Positions 1 through 12,404 of a DNA stretch of 64,000 nucleotides are shown one piece after another. A model generated the notes under the pieces. That model had not been told where the DNA came from. It was given only the letters and a program-made list of their open reading frames with translations, and made no database searches. The stretch is taken from NCBI RefSeq assembly GCF_965152275.1, contig NC_134234.1, forward strand, positions 39,522,920 to 39,586,919, given 5' to 3'. Positions within the stretch are counted from its first letter, which is position 1. Each line of letters begins with the position of its first letter. A program made the position numbers and the translations under genes. This stretch comes from Natator depressus (lineage: Eukaryota).

Positions 1-2439
1 TGAAAGACTGAATGAAAGAACAAACATTTATGCCAAATTCATCTCTGATGTAAAGGAAGTCTATCCAGTTAAGTAGGGATGAATTTGGCTGATTATCCCA
101 GTCTCTCTGCCTGAAAGAAATTTGCAGGTTAAATAGTTTTTAGTTAGAGTCAATACTGTTTTCCATCAACTCATCTCCATTTTTTCATTCTTGGATGGGT
201 TTAAAAGTGGGACATTAAAAATTGGTAGGCTTTGCTGCAATTTAAAACATATTTATGCCACATGCTATCTTCACAAGGAAACAAACTAGGATGCCGGTGC
301 CTTAAGAGCAAGAAAGTCTGCAACATGTACGTGCTTGTATAACAAGAAAAGCTTCTAAGTCTGTGGTTTGTGAAGAAGCTTTCGTAATGTAAACTGATGC
401 ACCAGTACAGACTGAAATAATAATATGAATAGAAGGTAAACTTTCCTTCCTTCATCTTCATTAACTATATTAATAGCAACATGTAACCATTTCACTGATC
501 ATGATGCAGCCTGCACATGTCCATCTACAGCGCAACTAGACAGACGTGGCACGGCCTGACATTCCATAGGAAACTACGCTGGAATATATTAAAATCCCAG
601 CAGCAGTAAAGTCAGTCAAACAAGCAAGTGGTTTGGGTTTTTTGCCCCTACAGGAAAAGGATATCTCTGCCATTTTCCCCTGGACTCTTCTGTAGAAAAC
701 AAAGATATCTGACCAGAGCTGGGATTGTCTTTAAACATCACTTGATTATTTCCAGATGTAAAATACTACTCAATTTAAAAAAATTAACTGAAGTGCTTGT
801 TAAATTCCTCCTTCCCAACCTTACACAGGCAATCTCTGTATTTTCAAACCCCTCTGTGGAAAAAGCAGTGTCTGTTTCTGTTTCCATTGCTGCTGCCCAG
901 TGCTTGTCAAGGAGTAACAGCAAAGAAATTGATGTGATCTTTGTCAGTTTAGCACTGCTAGTTCACTGAAAAGGAGCTATGGCTAGCATCAGCTCAGGCG
1001 GGATCATCTGCTGCAGCTGGGAGAGGATTCCTCTCTCTACCACCACCCCCCAAAAAAACTTCTGACCCTCCCCATCACTGGTGAAGGACCACATTTATGT
1101 CTCTGTTGTATAGACCATTACTCCTAGAGATACCCACCAGCAACAGTAGAGCAAACCAGATAAGGATCACAGCATGTTCACACTAGAGCTACTGTCACTG
1201 AAGAAGCAGGGTGGCTGCCTAGAACCATGTTATATCAAGAACGGGAGGATGGACAGAGAGATCCAACAATGGGGAAGAAAAAAAACAAAACAAGGGGAGA
1301 TGGGAAGGACAAGGAAATATATGAGAGGGAGATAGGTAGACTGAAAGCAAGGGATAGCTGCATGTCTAGGAGAGCTCATATTAGTTTGGCACTAGCTTCT
1401 TGGGTGCATAGGGCCTATGAACACTAAAACAGCATACTCTGCCCACCAGATGAGCCAAGCATCTTGTACCACTCTTATACAACCCCCTTTGGCTGACTGA
1501 ATGTGCAGCATTTACAAGCTAAAAAGTAATCTGTAGGCTGCCAAAATCTTACTGTGATAATGATTTTACATTTAGGATCCATTTTTCATTCTGGATTACT
1601 ATTTATATAGTATCCTAAATCTGATGGGACTGTACATCAAAGTAATAAAATGTGCCTGCCACAAAGAGCTTATAGTAGGGGTTCCAAATGATTTATAAAC
1701 AGTAATGCCCACCCCAAGCATTCTATAATAATGAGTCAAGACCCAAAATCATGAGTTAGCTAAAAATAATAAAATGTGGGTTCTTTTTATTTGACTAAGG
1801 GCTGGTCAACACTGAAAAGTTATATCAGCATAGCTTTGTCTCTCAGGGGTTTGATGTAGTTAAGACAATCTAACTTCTAGTTTTGACAGGCTGGGTTGAT
1901 GAAAGAATTTTTCCTTCTAACTAGCTACCCCTCTTGGGGATGTGGATTATCTACAGCAACAGGAGAATCCCTCCCATCACTGTAGTAAGTCTACACTGAA
2001 GCACTGCTGCAGTGTATGTGCCACTGAAGCTATGCCATTGTAGCATTTTAATTACTCCTGGGAGAATATTGCACTACCACACAAGTGCAGAATTAATGTC
2101 ACCCTCAGTTCCCCCCCCCCCCCGCAGAATAATTGCTTCTGATGGGGAGGCAAAGGGAAGCTGCAATTATACCTTTCACTCACCAGGGACTGATGTGGTG
2201 CCAGAAGAGAGGGCAGCTAGCTTACTGGCTAGCCAGCCATGGAGAAGGAGGGGCAGAGGTTGCCTTCCTCACAGCGCCGTGCCCATGGGACCAGGTGAGG
2301 AGGCATGGATTATGGGGGTTGGACAGGGCAGGTCACAAGGGGCTGCTGCGGTGGCGGGGTCACACAGACTGGGGTTCAAAAGGGCTAGTGGGGAGGACAG
2401 ACTGGGCCAGGAGAACAGGAGTTAGTGTGGTGACATTGA

Positions 2440-2720
2440 GCCAGGCACTGAATGGCAGTGGAGGTGCAGGGCCACATGGGGGTGGGGGGAAAGAGGTGGC
2501 TGAGTGTGGCTGCAGGGACACATGGGAACAGGGACAGCTATGCCTGGTTGAATGGTGAGTGGGGGGTGCAATGCCACATGGAGATGGGAGGAAGTGGGGG
2601 TACAGGGCCACATGGGGACACATGCAGCTATCCCTGGCTCAAGAGACATGGGGGTGCAAGGACACATGGGGATGGGGCAGATGTGCTTGGCTGAATGGGA
2701 GAGGCACTGCATGGGGGATG
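2440..2720. repeat. Degenerate G-rich minisatellite (units of about 60-120 bp built on the motif GGTGCARGGMCACATGGGG)
   Basis: Recurring motifs (ggtgcagggccacatggggg, ggtgcaatgccacatggag, ggtacagggccacatgggga, ggtgcaaggacacatgggga) in tandem. This explains the spurious overlapping ORFs on both strands between 2012 and 2879. Confidence 0.6.
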
Positions 2721-3954
2721 ATCGCCAACTCCCTAACAATCCCCCTCTTCCCCCGCAAAAAACTGTTCCATACTTCTTCCACCCACACTCAGCAACCCTC
2801 CAGGTTCAATCCCAGGCTCCTTCCAGCAATTACTTCCCTCTCCCACCCTGACTCCCCCAAGCCTTTGTGCTGCTTGTGAGGGGCATGGGTAATACACTTA
2901 TGTATTGTAGTTTAAATGAATTATTGCTCAAAGTTCTATATTAATATGCCTAGTAAGGAATATATTTGTCAAAAAAACATTCCCTGAATCTTTTTTTGTT
3001 CTCTGTATTGTTACAGACATAATTGCTGACAAGTATTTTGAAATAAAGACAAAAATAAGTGAAACTGCCATGATTATATTGTGTTATTTTGACAAACAAA
3101 ATATGCAGAATTTTACAGAATTTTTAAAATTGTGTGCAGAATTTTTAATGTTTTGGCACAGAATTCCCCCAGGAGTATTAAGTGTAGACATAGCATACGT
3201 GATTTCTGAGCTTTAGGGTACACTTGGTTCACATTTGCTGGCTATTCTCTGCAACATGAAGGCTAATAAGGTTTTCTGGGTCTTATAAATGAAAATTGAG
3301 ATTCTTAGCTTCAGGACCTGGGGCTATAAGAAGCACAGTAAATATTGTGAGACTCATATTGCCAATGCTATAGAAACTATAGAGAGTTCACATTATCCAC
3401 CTCTGAAATGAAGCCACTTCTAACATGAAACACAATAATGAAAATATGCAGTAGTTTAGAACAGGAAGTGATAATACTGTGCCCATCAGCCTTTGCAGGT
3501 GATATGGGTGATGGATTGTACAACATCCTAGATAAGAAGGTTCTGATCCTGATTGGGATCTCTAGGCATTATTGTAATACAATACTAATAATCAATGTGG
3601 GCACAGAGGTATGCATGGGGGAGGGGGGGCAAGTAGGAGAACAGCCCTCTCCCAGTCATCGGGGGCACAGAACTCCTCCAGTCCTAAGGCCGCGGTGGCA
3701 GAGAGAGGGAGCTCCTCCTGCCTGGGGCTGCAGGGAGGAGAGTGAGCTCTTCCTGGACCCAGGGCAGGAGAGAGGGAAGAGCGAGTCCTGCCAGAGCTGG
3801 GGCAGGAGGGAAGAGCTGAACATGCCCCCCCAAAAGGGGTCAAAATTGAATTTCTGTGCACGCCCCTGTGTGAGCAGAAAGCAATTACTATGAGTATAAT
3901 GTGGCGAGTACACTTGAATTAATGTGACAGCTTTCATCTTTGCCAACACACTGG

Positions 3955-4100
3955 AAATTGCACTGAGGACCTCCAGAGTTGAATAGCAAAAAGAACAGGA
4001 GTACTAACAAATTTGTTCATCTCTAAGGGTGCCACAAGTACTCCTGTTCTTTTTGCAGATACAGACTAACACGGCTGCTACTCTGAAATCTGAGAGTTGA
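3955..4100 (+). mobile_element. Fragment of a Penelope-like-element tail repeat (hairpin-containing)
   Basis: tctaagggtgccacaagtactcctgttctttttgcagatacagactaacacggctgctactctgaaa closely matches the tail that follows the Penelope element at 51200-51240 (tctctaaggtgccacaagtactcct). It contains the inverted repeat aaaagaacaggagtac/gtactcctgttcttttt. Confidence 0.5.
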
Positions 4101-5213
4101 ACAGATGAATCGCTGGAGACCGAGTCAAGAAGCTGGCTTTGTAGATGAGGCTCTAATAGACACAGAACCTCTGTGAATTCAACCCTTGATGGTCAAGATA
4201 TTAAAATTGTGACAAAACTATGGGACCTTGTGCAGGGCATTGAAGGAGGGGCCCTCTGAGATCAGTACACCACACTCCCCTTGGCTAGTACGGTCACATC
4301 CTGAAGGTGTTTACACTGGCCCGAAGCTGACCGCCTGCGACAATCTGGTTGATCCTCCTCCTAGCTGAAATGGCCAAGAGCTTCTCTGCTGCTGAGGCAA
4401 GTGACCAATGAAACCCTGAGAAAGGGCCATTCCCGACAGTATCCTGCAGGTTGTGGCAAAAGAGAACCTAGCCAGAGATCAATCCGGCTTCTGCTTTGGT
4501 ATCTGCCCCGATGATGACGGCGACCAAGCATCGCACCTTCTGAACGCTGAGGGTAATTAACCATTGGCACAACCGACACAGGGCTAGGGGCTCTCCACCT
4601 CTGGCAATTTATAAATAAAGATCAGGTGTTTTTCCTTAAAGATAGGCTCCAGTTCCAACGGGAAGTCCTACGGCCTGCGTTACACAGGAGGTCAGACCAG
4701 ACCATCACCGTGCTCCCTTCCTGGCCCTGGGACCCCTGCCGGGGCTGCGGGCGGCAGCGCTGTGCCCGGGACGCACGGCTCGGCCCGGCAAGCGGCGGGC
4801 ACCGAAGGGCAGGGAGGGGCCCGCTAGAGGAGGGGAAAGAGTCGCCACAGCAGCCCCGCCCTTTGCCAGGGGCAGGTCTGCGGCTGCTCGCGGCCCCCGC
4901 CACCGGCCCCACCCCGTGATCAGACCAGCGCCTCCCGAGCGCCGCCCTGCCCACCCGCTGCGGGAACTTCTCCCCGCCCCGCCCCTTTGCTCCTCTTCTT
5001 CTGCTGGGCTCTTCCCTGCGGCGCCACCGATTGGCTAGTTGGACCTGTCACTCTAAACGCCGAGCGGCTCCTGGGATTGACCCCGCAAAGGGGCTACGTT
5101 GCGCTTCGGCTCGCTGATTGGCTGCAGAGGCTGCGTCACGACGCTGCCCGCCTGGCCGTGGCTGTGGCTGTCGCAGCGCTTTTCGCTTGTAGTCCCTTGA
5201 AATTCACCCCAAC

Positions 5214-5390
5214 ATGGCGGCGGCCGGGAGCGGGGAGGAGGCAGTGGCGGCGGCGGCCGAAGCCGAGGCGGAGAAGGAGAAGGAAGCGGCGGCGGGGTCT
5301 GGCAAGGCCGGGGGCGATGCGGGCGGCGAGAGCGAGGAGGAGGAGGACGTGTTCGAAGTGGAGAAGATCCTGGATGTGAAAACGGAGGGG
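5214..5390 (+). CDS. MPHOSPH8: MPHOSPH8 coding exon 1 (start codon, acidic N-terminus, start of chromodomain)
   Basis: ORF 5214..5402 translates MAAAGSGEE...SEEEEDVFEVEKILDVKTEG. The human MPP8 N-terminus ends ...GEDVFEVEKILDMKTEG. GTGGGT donor at 5391. Phase 0 continues into exon 2 (TEG|GKILYKVRWKG). Confidence 0.85.
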
Positions 5391-5512
5391 GTGGGTGAAT
5401 GAGGGGAGCCCCGGCCCGGCGGGGACCGGGGACCGGGGGGTGGGGTGAATGAGGGGAGCCCCGGCCCGGCGGGGACCGGGGACCGGGGGGTGGGGTGAAT
5501 GAGGGGGGCCCA
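5391..5512 (+). repeat. Tandem 50-bp repeat (about 2.4 copies) starting exactly at the exon-1 splice donor
   Basis: The unit GTGGGTGAATGAGGGGAGCCCCGGCCCGGCGGGGACCGGGGACCGGGGGG is present at 5391-5440 and 5441-5490 (TGGGGTGAAT variant), with a partial third copy to about 5512. Each copy regenerates a GTGAAT/GTGGGT donor-like site. Confidence 0.85.
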
Positions 5513-6775
5513 AGACTCCTCAGCTTTCCAACTAGCAGGAGCTAGCTGCTGTTGTGGACCCTTCCCTGCCTCTTGCCTCTTCCATTCATTCCCTTCTTTT
5601 TTCCTTTCCCCCAGAAGCTCCCTGACTTCCTCCCTTCTCCCATAGTCCCTGCCTCCTGTGTCACTCTTGTCTCACCCTCTCTCTCCCGTGGCCACATATT
5701 CCTCGCATTCCTGTGTTCTGCACCTGAGTCTTAGACCCCTGGCTAGACTAAAGGTGAGGGGCTGTGAGGGGAGCAGCCAAACAGCTGATGCCTTCAGGTG
5801 GGCTGACTCCCCATCTCTTCCCCTCACAACACAAATGCCTTTGTTTTCTAATAGTATAACCAAAGGTAGCAGGGCAGCATCTTGCACAGGCTTGAATTTG
5901 GGTTTCAGTTCTTTTTGTTTCCACCTTCATGGGCCACTTATAACTCAAGCTGCCTGAAGCTAATTTAAAACACTTTGCTTTAGGTACTTCATTTAGCATA
6001 ACTGTCTCTACCCAGTGGATCAGTTAGTCTGGGATCTCAAGCTGGGAGTGTCAAATCCTTTCTTTATGGCTACATGAAGTGGTGAAACTCTTCTGTGTAA
6101 CATGGAATAAAGGCACAAAGGAGAATCACTTTTAAAGTGACACCGACAGAAAATTGTTCCTAAAATACCTTCATTTTTGAGTCCCAATCATAAAACCAAC
6201 AAAGACACACAGGTGCCAATATTTGAGGTTATATGGATTCTTGTGGGTCAGGTTTGTCTGGGGTGATTTTTTTTGTTGTTTTTGTTTTACTTGGGCTATA
6301 AGCCCATGAAAACAGTGCTGTATCTTAATGCTTTTATTATATAACCCCAAATATAAAATATGCTTTTTGTAGCTTTGCATGAAAGAATTATTAGGAAAAA
6401 AATTTTTTTGACATTTTTCCTGGTAGTTGCAGTGGTAAAATACATTGTGAAAATACCCATTTTCTGGGTCAGTGGATCACTGGTATAAGATTCTGACAAA
6501 TGTGGTCAGCTGGTAAATGTATTATCTCAGTGAACACATTGTTTAATCCATCTTGAACTTCCAGTTGTTTCTGAATATAACTTAAATCATCAAAAGTATT
6601 CTAAGTTCCCACTGCTGTTGTATAAAGTTACTTTCCCTGTAGTGATTTCTAGGTAGTTTTCATGGATCCGTTTGGGGCACAGAATCTCTCAGGCCAGGAA
6701 TACAATTTTAGAGACAGCAGGAATGTCTTTCACAACTTAAGTTAGCTTTTCTTTGAAATGTTGAGCTACTCTTAG

Positions 6776-6950
6776 GGCTTGTCTACACTGCACCTGCGCC
6801 GCTGTTGTGCTTCAGTGCTTTCTCCTGTCAGCCTAGCTAAACCGCCGCTGTTGTGCTTCAGTGCTTTCTCCTGTCAGCCTAGCTAAACCACCGTTTACAC
6901 GGGTGGTTAGGTCAGTTTATTTGCTTCATTCAGGGAGGTGGATTTTTTAT
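6776..6950. mobile_element. MITE-like element with gtctacac-type termini and an internal 46-bp tandem duplication
   Basis: Termini gggcttgtctacactg ... ctagtgtagaccaagc are near-inverted. The internal unit ccgctgttgtgcttcagtgctttctcctgtcagcctagctaaacc is duplicated at 6801-6846 and 6847-6892. Similar gtctacac/gtgtagac-ended elements occur at 13616-13881, about 13980-14190 and 14345-14480. Confidence 0.45.
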
Positions 6951-7774
6951 GGAGAAACACAGTTATACTGACCTAATTTCCTAGTGTAGACCAAGCATTA
7001 GGGTTTGAACTCTGAAGTTTGTTGAGTAGTATTCTGTGTGTTTTTATATAGGTTGAATTCTGCATCACTTATACAATTTTTATAGGCATGTTGATTGTGG
7101 AGAAATAGCCAAAATATACAGGGAAAACTAAATAATCCTTCAGATTAAAACTGAAGTGCAAAAGCTTCAAGATTTATTACATTTATGTGCAGCTTGTTGA
7201 TGCTCACTATCTGGCAGATCTGTAACACCTCATCTTAGAACTCTTCTGTGTTGGCTTATGGAGTTAGCCTTAATTTCATGAATTTTGCTACTTAAAACAT
7301 CTAACTTTTTACTAACATATACCCCAGTGTAAGATGTATCTCCTTCTGAAGTCCATGTTCACTTGCACCAAAACAAAAGGGTGAATTATTTTGGCTCCCA
7401 GTTTCTGTGTAGACAAACCTTAAGGGTGCTCAGTAAATGAAGGCAGGGATGCAACATTTTAGAAATAACTTTAGAAGTGAAAAGCGCACAGTAAAATTGC
7501 TATGGCATACAAAAATAAAGTCTCTAGACAGACTAAATAAATCTTTAAATGTGTTAAATATCAATTTGGCTATATTCATGAATTATTTTAATCTTTGTTA
7601 ATTGCTTCATTCACTACATGCTGTTCATCATGTGCTCTAAAGGCCAAATTATGTTCAGATACTCCGGTGTAATAAATGTAAGCCCACTGACTACATTCAA
7701 TAGATGGAAGTATGCTCCAAAACCCTCAAGCTTGGTCAGCACTAGGAATTCATATTGGTATTGCTGCATCCCTC

Positions 7775-7790
7775 GGGGGGGGGGGGGGGG
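7775..7790. repeat. Poly(G) tract (16 nt)
   Basis: Uninterrupted G run adjacent to a MITE-like palindrome (ggtcaatggaagaattcttccattgacc at about 7850-7880). Confidence 0.9.
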
Positions 7791-7939
7791 TTAAAATTCA
7801 TACCCCTGAGAGATGTCGCTATACTGACTTGACTTCTGGTGTTGACCAATGCTAGGTCAATGGAAGAATTCTTCCATTGACCTAGCTACTGCCTTTTGGA
7901 GAGGTGTAGTACCTACACAGATAGGAGAACCCCTCCTGT

Positions 7940-8585
7940 CAGTGTAGTCGGGGTAGACAAACTACGGCCTGCAGGCCGGATCTGGCCCACCAGCCGTTTT
8001 AAGCCGGCCCTCAAGCTCCCGCTGGGGAGCAGGGTCTAGGGCTCGTCCCCGTCCAGTGCTCCAACGGGGGAGTAGGGTCAGGGGTCGTTCCACGCAGCTT
8101 GCCCTCCACACTCCAATGGGAACTGCAGGGGCGGTGCCTGCGGACGGGGCAGTGTGCAGAGCCGTCTGGCCGCACCTCCACTTAGGAGCCAGAGAAGGGA
8201 CATGTCGCTGCTTCCGGGAGCTGCTTGAGGTAAGCACCTCCTGGAGTCTGCACCCCATAGCCTCTCCCCAACCCCCTTTCCCCGCCCTGATCCCCCTCCG
8301 AACCCCTTGATCCCAGCCTGGAGCACCCTCCTGCACCCCAAACCCCTCATCCCCGCCCCAGAGCCTGCACCGCCAGCTGGAGCCCCCCCCACATACCACT
8401 GCCCCACCCCAGCCTGGAGCCCCCTCACACACCCTGAGCTGATTTCTGGCCCCACCCCAGAGCCCTCACCCCCTCCCACACCCCAACCCCAATTTTGTGA
8501 GCATTCATGGCCCGCTGTACAACTTCTATTCCCAAATGTGGCCCTCGGGCCAAAAAGTTTGCTGACCCCCGGTGTAGGTTGTCTC
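7940..8585. mobile_element. GC-rich MITE (about 640 bp) with imperfect TIRs GGGGTAGACAAACTACGGCC / GGCCAAAAAGTTTGCTGACCCC
   Basis: The left end ggggtagacaaactacggcctgcaggccggatctggcccac pairs with the right end gtggccctcgggccaaaaagtttgctgacccccgg. The body is a C-rich low-complexity stretch (ccccagagcc.../cacccc motifs). It is a relative of the perfect-TIR MITE at 34361-34661 and of 18296-18990. Confidence 0.45.
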
Positions 8586-9449
8586 TCCACTGTAGTGCTA
8601 CAGTGATGCAGCTGCGCTGCTGCAGCATTTTAAATGCAGATACACCCTCAGTGCGCAGCACCAGTGGCTGCATGGCAGGCTAGAGTGCTGTAGATTTGTA
8701 CCCCAGCGTGCTGTGCCCTAAGACTTCATGTAGACACACCCTATTTTTGTAATTTCAAAAAGAAGCTAGAATTAAAGCACCTTTAGTTCTCTGAGACTCT
8801 CTGGTATGTATTGCTTAGTGCATTAATAACCTTAAAAAGGAGGGTAAAGCAGACAGGTGAACATTTTGGAAATTTGTTTAAAGAAATGTGACCCCCGCTC
8901 CCTCCCACAACAAATTTGATTTTCAAAATATCCTTGACAAAGTTCATTACAAGAATCTGTAAGGAAGTTAAGTATTAAATAAAGTACTGTCTTGAATTAG
9001 GCGCTGTCTGTATCACATCATTTATCGTGGCACATCATATATATGCTGCCGTAATGCTTCCAGTGAAGACACTCTGCCATCGGCTTAATAACTCCTGCCT
9101 CCAGGAGATGCAGTAGCTACGTCAGTGTGAGACACTCTCCTGCCAACATAGCGCGTTCTGCACTGGTGCTTAGATCAGTATAATTTACATTGCTTATAGG
9201 GTGTGGATTATTCACACCCCTGAGTGATGTAATTTGTAGTGTGGACATAACCTTAGAAACTGACCTGTATAGAAAACAAATGGGAATAAATGGTCAGTGT
9301 TCAACAGTGTAAAAGATTAAGTGGGATGTAACAAGGTTGTGTACTAGTGTTTAATATATTAAAGGATCCGCAAAAGGGGATGAACAGTGAGATACAGAGC
9401 TTGCAGATGACAAATTTATTTAGGATAGTCAAGAGTAGCAAAGTTTCTT

Positions 9450-9700
9450 TTGAAACTTCTCTTTCCAAAATTGTTGGAAAACAATGTAATTTTTGAAAAC
9501 CACTGCTCTCTGTTGAGGGAAAGTAACAAAATCCTCTTGCATCTAAAGTGCTTTAATCCAGAGCCAATAGTGAAATTGTCTCATGTCATGGATATTCTGA
9601 CATGGAGTGTATTTAATAAAGAATTAAAATACGGTAGCATAATTAATACCAATCAGCATGGTCTTATGGAAAATGGTCTTGTCAGACAGACTTGATACTG
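9450..9700 (+). mobile_element. LINE (CR1/L2-like) reverse-transcriptase fragment
   Basis: ORF 9450..9695 contains ...INTNQHGLMENGLVRQT, which resembles the conserved CR1 RT motif [16 protein letters not shown]. Short and degenerate. Confidence 0.3.
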
Positions 9701-9829
9701 TTTTTTGGTGAGATTGGTTGATAATGGTAACCACGTTAACAGAATTATATATTCTGTTAATCATATATATAATTAAAATCATATATATTCTGTTAATCTG
9801 TGTTATGTATAAAATTCTGTTAATCAACC

Positions 9830-10905
9830 ACCATTCTTCTTTGGTGCTTCCATGCTGATGATGGGTTCTGCTCGATAACTATCCAAAGCAGGGCAGACTG
9901 AGGCATGTTCATTTTCATCATCTGAGTCAGATGCCACCAGTAGAAGGTTGATTTTCTTTTTTGGTGGTTTGGGTTCTGTAGTTGCCGCATCAGTGTTGCT
10001 CTTTTAAGACTTCTAAATGCATGCTCCAGACCTTGTCCCTCTCAGATTTTACATGGCACTTCAGATTCTTAAACCTTGGGTTGAGTGCTGTAGCTATTTT
10101 TAGAAATCTCACATCGGTACTTTCTTTGCGATTTGTCAGTTCTGCTGTGGAAGTTTTCTTAAAACGAAACGTGCTGGTCATCATCCGAGACTGCTATAAC
10201 ATGAAATATATGCAGAATGCGGGTAAAACAGAGCAGGAGACATACAATTCCCCCCCCCCCCCCCCCCAAGTAGTACAGTCACAAATTTAATTGACACATT
10301 TTTTTTAACGAGCATCATCGGCATGGAAGCATGTCTTCTGGAATGGTGGCTGAAGCATGAAGGGACATATGAATCTTTAGCGCATCTGGCATATAAATAT
10401 CTTGCAATGCCGTGCAAACACCTGTTCTCACTTTCAGGTGACATTGTAAATAAGAAACAGGCAGCAGTATCTCACGTAAATGTAAACAAACTTAGCGATT
10501 GGCAGAATAAGAAGTAGGACTGAGTGGACTTGTAGGTTCTTAAGTTTTACACTGTTTCGTTTTTGAGTGGTGTTCTGTAACAAAAAAAACCCCTGCATTT
10601 GTAAGTTATACTTTCACGGTAAAGAGATTGCGCTTCAGTACTTAGTATTTTTCAATTCACGTCATACATCTTTTGTTTGTCATTTTTACAGTGCCTATAT
10701 TTGTAATAAAAATAATATAAAGTGAGCATTGTGCACTTTGTGTTCTGTGTTGTAACTGGAATCAATATTGAAAATGTAGAAAAACATTCAAAAACATTTC
10801 ATAAATTTCAGTTGGTATTCTATTAAGTGCAATGAATTGCAATTAATTTTTTTTAGTTAATCGTGTGAGTTAACTGCGATTAATTGACAGCCCTAATTTA
10901 TTTAT
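9830..10905 (+). mobile_element. Palindromic hAT-derived non-autonomous element, copy A (lacks the left arm)
   Basis: Collinear with 40170-42060 and 57790-58775. Carries a hAT C-terminal dimerisation fragment (ORF 10323..10517, LLEWWLKHEGTYESLAHLAYKYLAMPCKHLFSLSGDIVNKKQAA) and ends ...gttaactgcgattaattgacagccctaa, the reverse complement of the tagggctgtca... left terminus seen in copies B and C. Confidence 0.7.
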
Positions 10906-10925
10906 TTATTTATTTATTTATTTGC
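10897..10925. repeat. (ATTT)n microsatellite abutting the right end of hAT element copy A
   Basis: aatttatttatttatttatttatttatttg. Confidence 0.9.
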
Positions 10926-11430
10926 TCCACCCTGCACTTCAGTTCAAGTGCTTCTGGGCACGTGTCCTGCAGCGTGAAGCCAGGAAAGGAAAAAACTGAA
11001 TTCTTGTAGCAGACTTCGTTCTTGTGAGGTTGAGTAGTCGATATGTGTCCCCCATCAAGGTGTATCCTGATCTAGGAAAGTGATTTGTTCATCATTGTAA
11101 TGTGAAATTGCTAAATTTGTTTGGAGAAGCAGCAAAGAACTTTGGGCAAAACCAAATGGTTAACAGACCTTTAGTGAACTACTGTAAGAAATAAGTCTTA
11201 TACTCACTGTACTTAAAACCTCTTTTGTGTAATACTTCAAACTATGAGAACATGTTTGCATGAATGATTATAGCAAAACATGGCTCATCTCCCTTTTTAG
11301 AATTAACATTTTCATCCTATAAAATGACATTAGACTAAATCATTATACGTTAAGATTCACAAGAGCAAGTCGATACTGTAGAAACCCCCCCTATAAACTC
11401 TTGTTTTATAAGTACTTTTTGCTCTCTCAG

Positions 11431-11586
11431 GGTAAAATTCTGTACAAAGTGCGGTGGAAGGGATATACCTCGGACGATGATACCTGGGAACCAGAGGTTC
11501 ATCTGGAAGACTGTAAGGAAGTGCTGCTTGAATTCCGAAAAAAAATAGTGGATAGTAAGCCTAAGCCTGTTAAGAAGGACATACAG
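11431..11586 (+). CDS. MPHOSPH8: MPHOSPH8 exon 2 (chromodomain)
   Basis: AG acceptor at 11429-11430. Encodes GKILYKVRWKGYTSDDDTWEPEVHLEDCKEVLLEFRKKIVDSKPKPVKKDIQ, near-identical to the human MPP8 chromodomain (GKVLYKVRWKGYTSDDDTWEPEIHLEDCKEVLLEFRKKI...KDIQ). GTATGT donor at 11587. Confidence 0.93.
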
Positions 11587-12226
11587 GTATGTCTGCTTTT
11601 CCCCCACCTTCCTTTAAAGACGTCTTTCCCTTTTTAGGCCTCATTTTCTGGTATTAAATGTTCTATGGAGTTGTGTTCAGACTCTAAAATATAATCAAAA
11701 TTTCTTTTTAGTAGAGGCCTTTATTATTGGAATGACCATTGCTTGCTCGCTTGGGAGTTGCTATTAATTAAAGTTTGGGTAATATTACAAAAATCTCTTA
11801 AATTAGGAAAAAATACCATAAGTGCTCCTTTTGGCCAAGCTTGTGAGGTCCTTACATTTAATTTGATGGCATTTCTCTTTATGTAACGTGATAACTTGTG
11901 AACTCAGCATACGATCAATTCCAAAGTTATTGGGAATGTTTAAGGCGTCAGTGGCCAGAACCTTACTGATTCTGGGGGGAAATTGGAAAACCAAAAGGCG
12001 AGAAATGGAAACCCTACCATCAGATTACTACAATCACTGTTTCAGGCACCTCTGCAATTGTATATAGTTCAAGCAGCCAGCTGATGACATCAGTTAATGC
12101 CTTGTGGCATAAAAATACTCCTGCTTGGCTTCTTAATACAGTTTAACATGTAACAAGATGCCTTGACTGACTAATCACCCAGATAGATTGGGAGTGTCTG
12201 GCGTAGGGGAAAGGGACTGGTGGTGA

Positions 12227-12404
12227 ATCATAGAATATCAGGGGTGGAAGGGACCTCAGGAGGTCATCTAGTCCAACCCCCTGCTCAAAGCAGGACCAAT
12301 CCCCAATTTTTGCCCCGGATCCCTAAATGGCCTCCTCAAGGATTGAACTCACAACCCTGGATTTAGCAGGCTAATGCTCAAACCACCTAGCTATCCCTCC
12401 CCCC
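12227..12404 (-). mobile_element. tRNA-derived SINE with CR1-type 3' tail (tortoise PolIII/SINE-like)
   Basis: The reverse complement reads ggggagggatagctaggtggtttgagcattagcctgctaaatccagggttgtgagttcaatccttgaggaggccatttagggatccggggcaaaaattggggattggtcctgctttgagcagggggttggactagatgacctcctgaggtcccttcc...ctgatattctatgat. It has a tRNA-like A box (tagctaggtgg) and B box (gagttcaatcc), and its 3' end carries the CR1 (ATTCTATG)n microsatellite. Confidence 0.65.

Larger units (their letters stand above)
4640..5520 (+). promoter_or_regulatory. MPHOSPH8: CpG-island promoter / 5' UTR region of MPHOSPH8
   Basis: Strongly GC/CpG-rich block (about 4640-5520) ending at the exon-1 ATG (5214). There is no TATA box. 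Two inverted CCAAT boxes (CYGATTGGCT) lie at 5026-5035 and 5113-5122, a typical NF-Y arrangement for TATA-less promoters. Confidence 0.6.

Noticed and set aside
2012-2879. Stack of overlapping ORFs on both strands (137, 141, 105, 106 aa and others) in a G-rich region
   Set aside because: They all lie on a degenerate G-rich minisatellite (CACATGGGG motifs). There is no start or splice context and no recognisable protein, so they are composition artefacts.
7962-8606. ORFs of 156, 170 and 99 aa on both strands
   Set aside because: They lie inside a C/G-rich MITE with low-complexity proline/glycine translations in every frame. Not coding.
12300-12404. tRNA-like sequence (A and B boxes)
   Set aside because: It is the head of a tRNA-derived SINE fused to a CR1-type tail, not a free-standing tRNA gene. 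No intact cloverleaf or CCA context.
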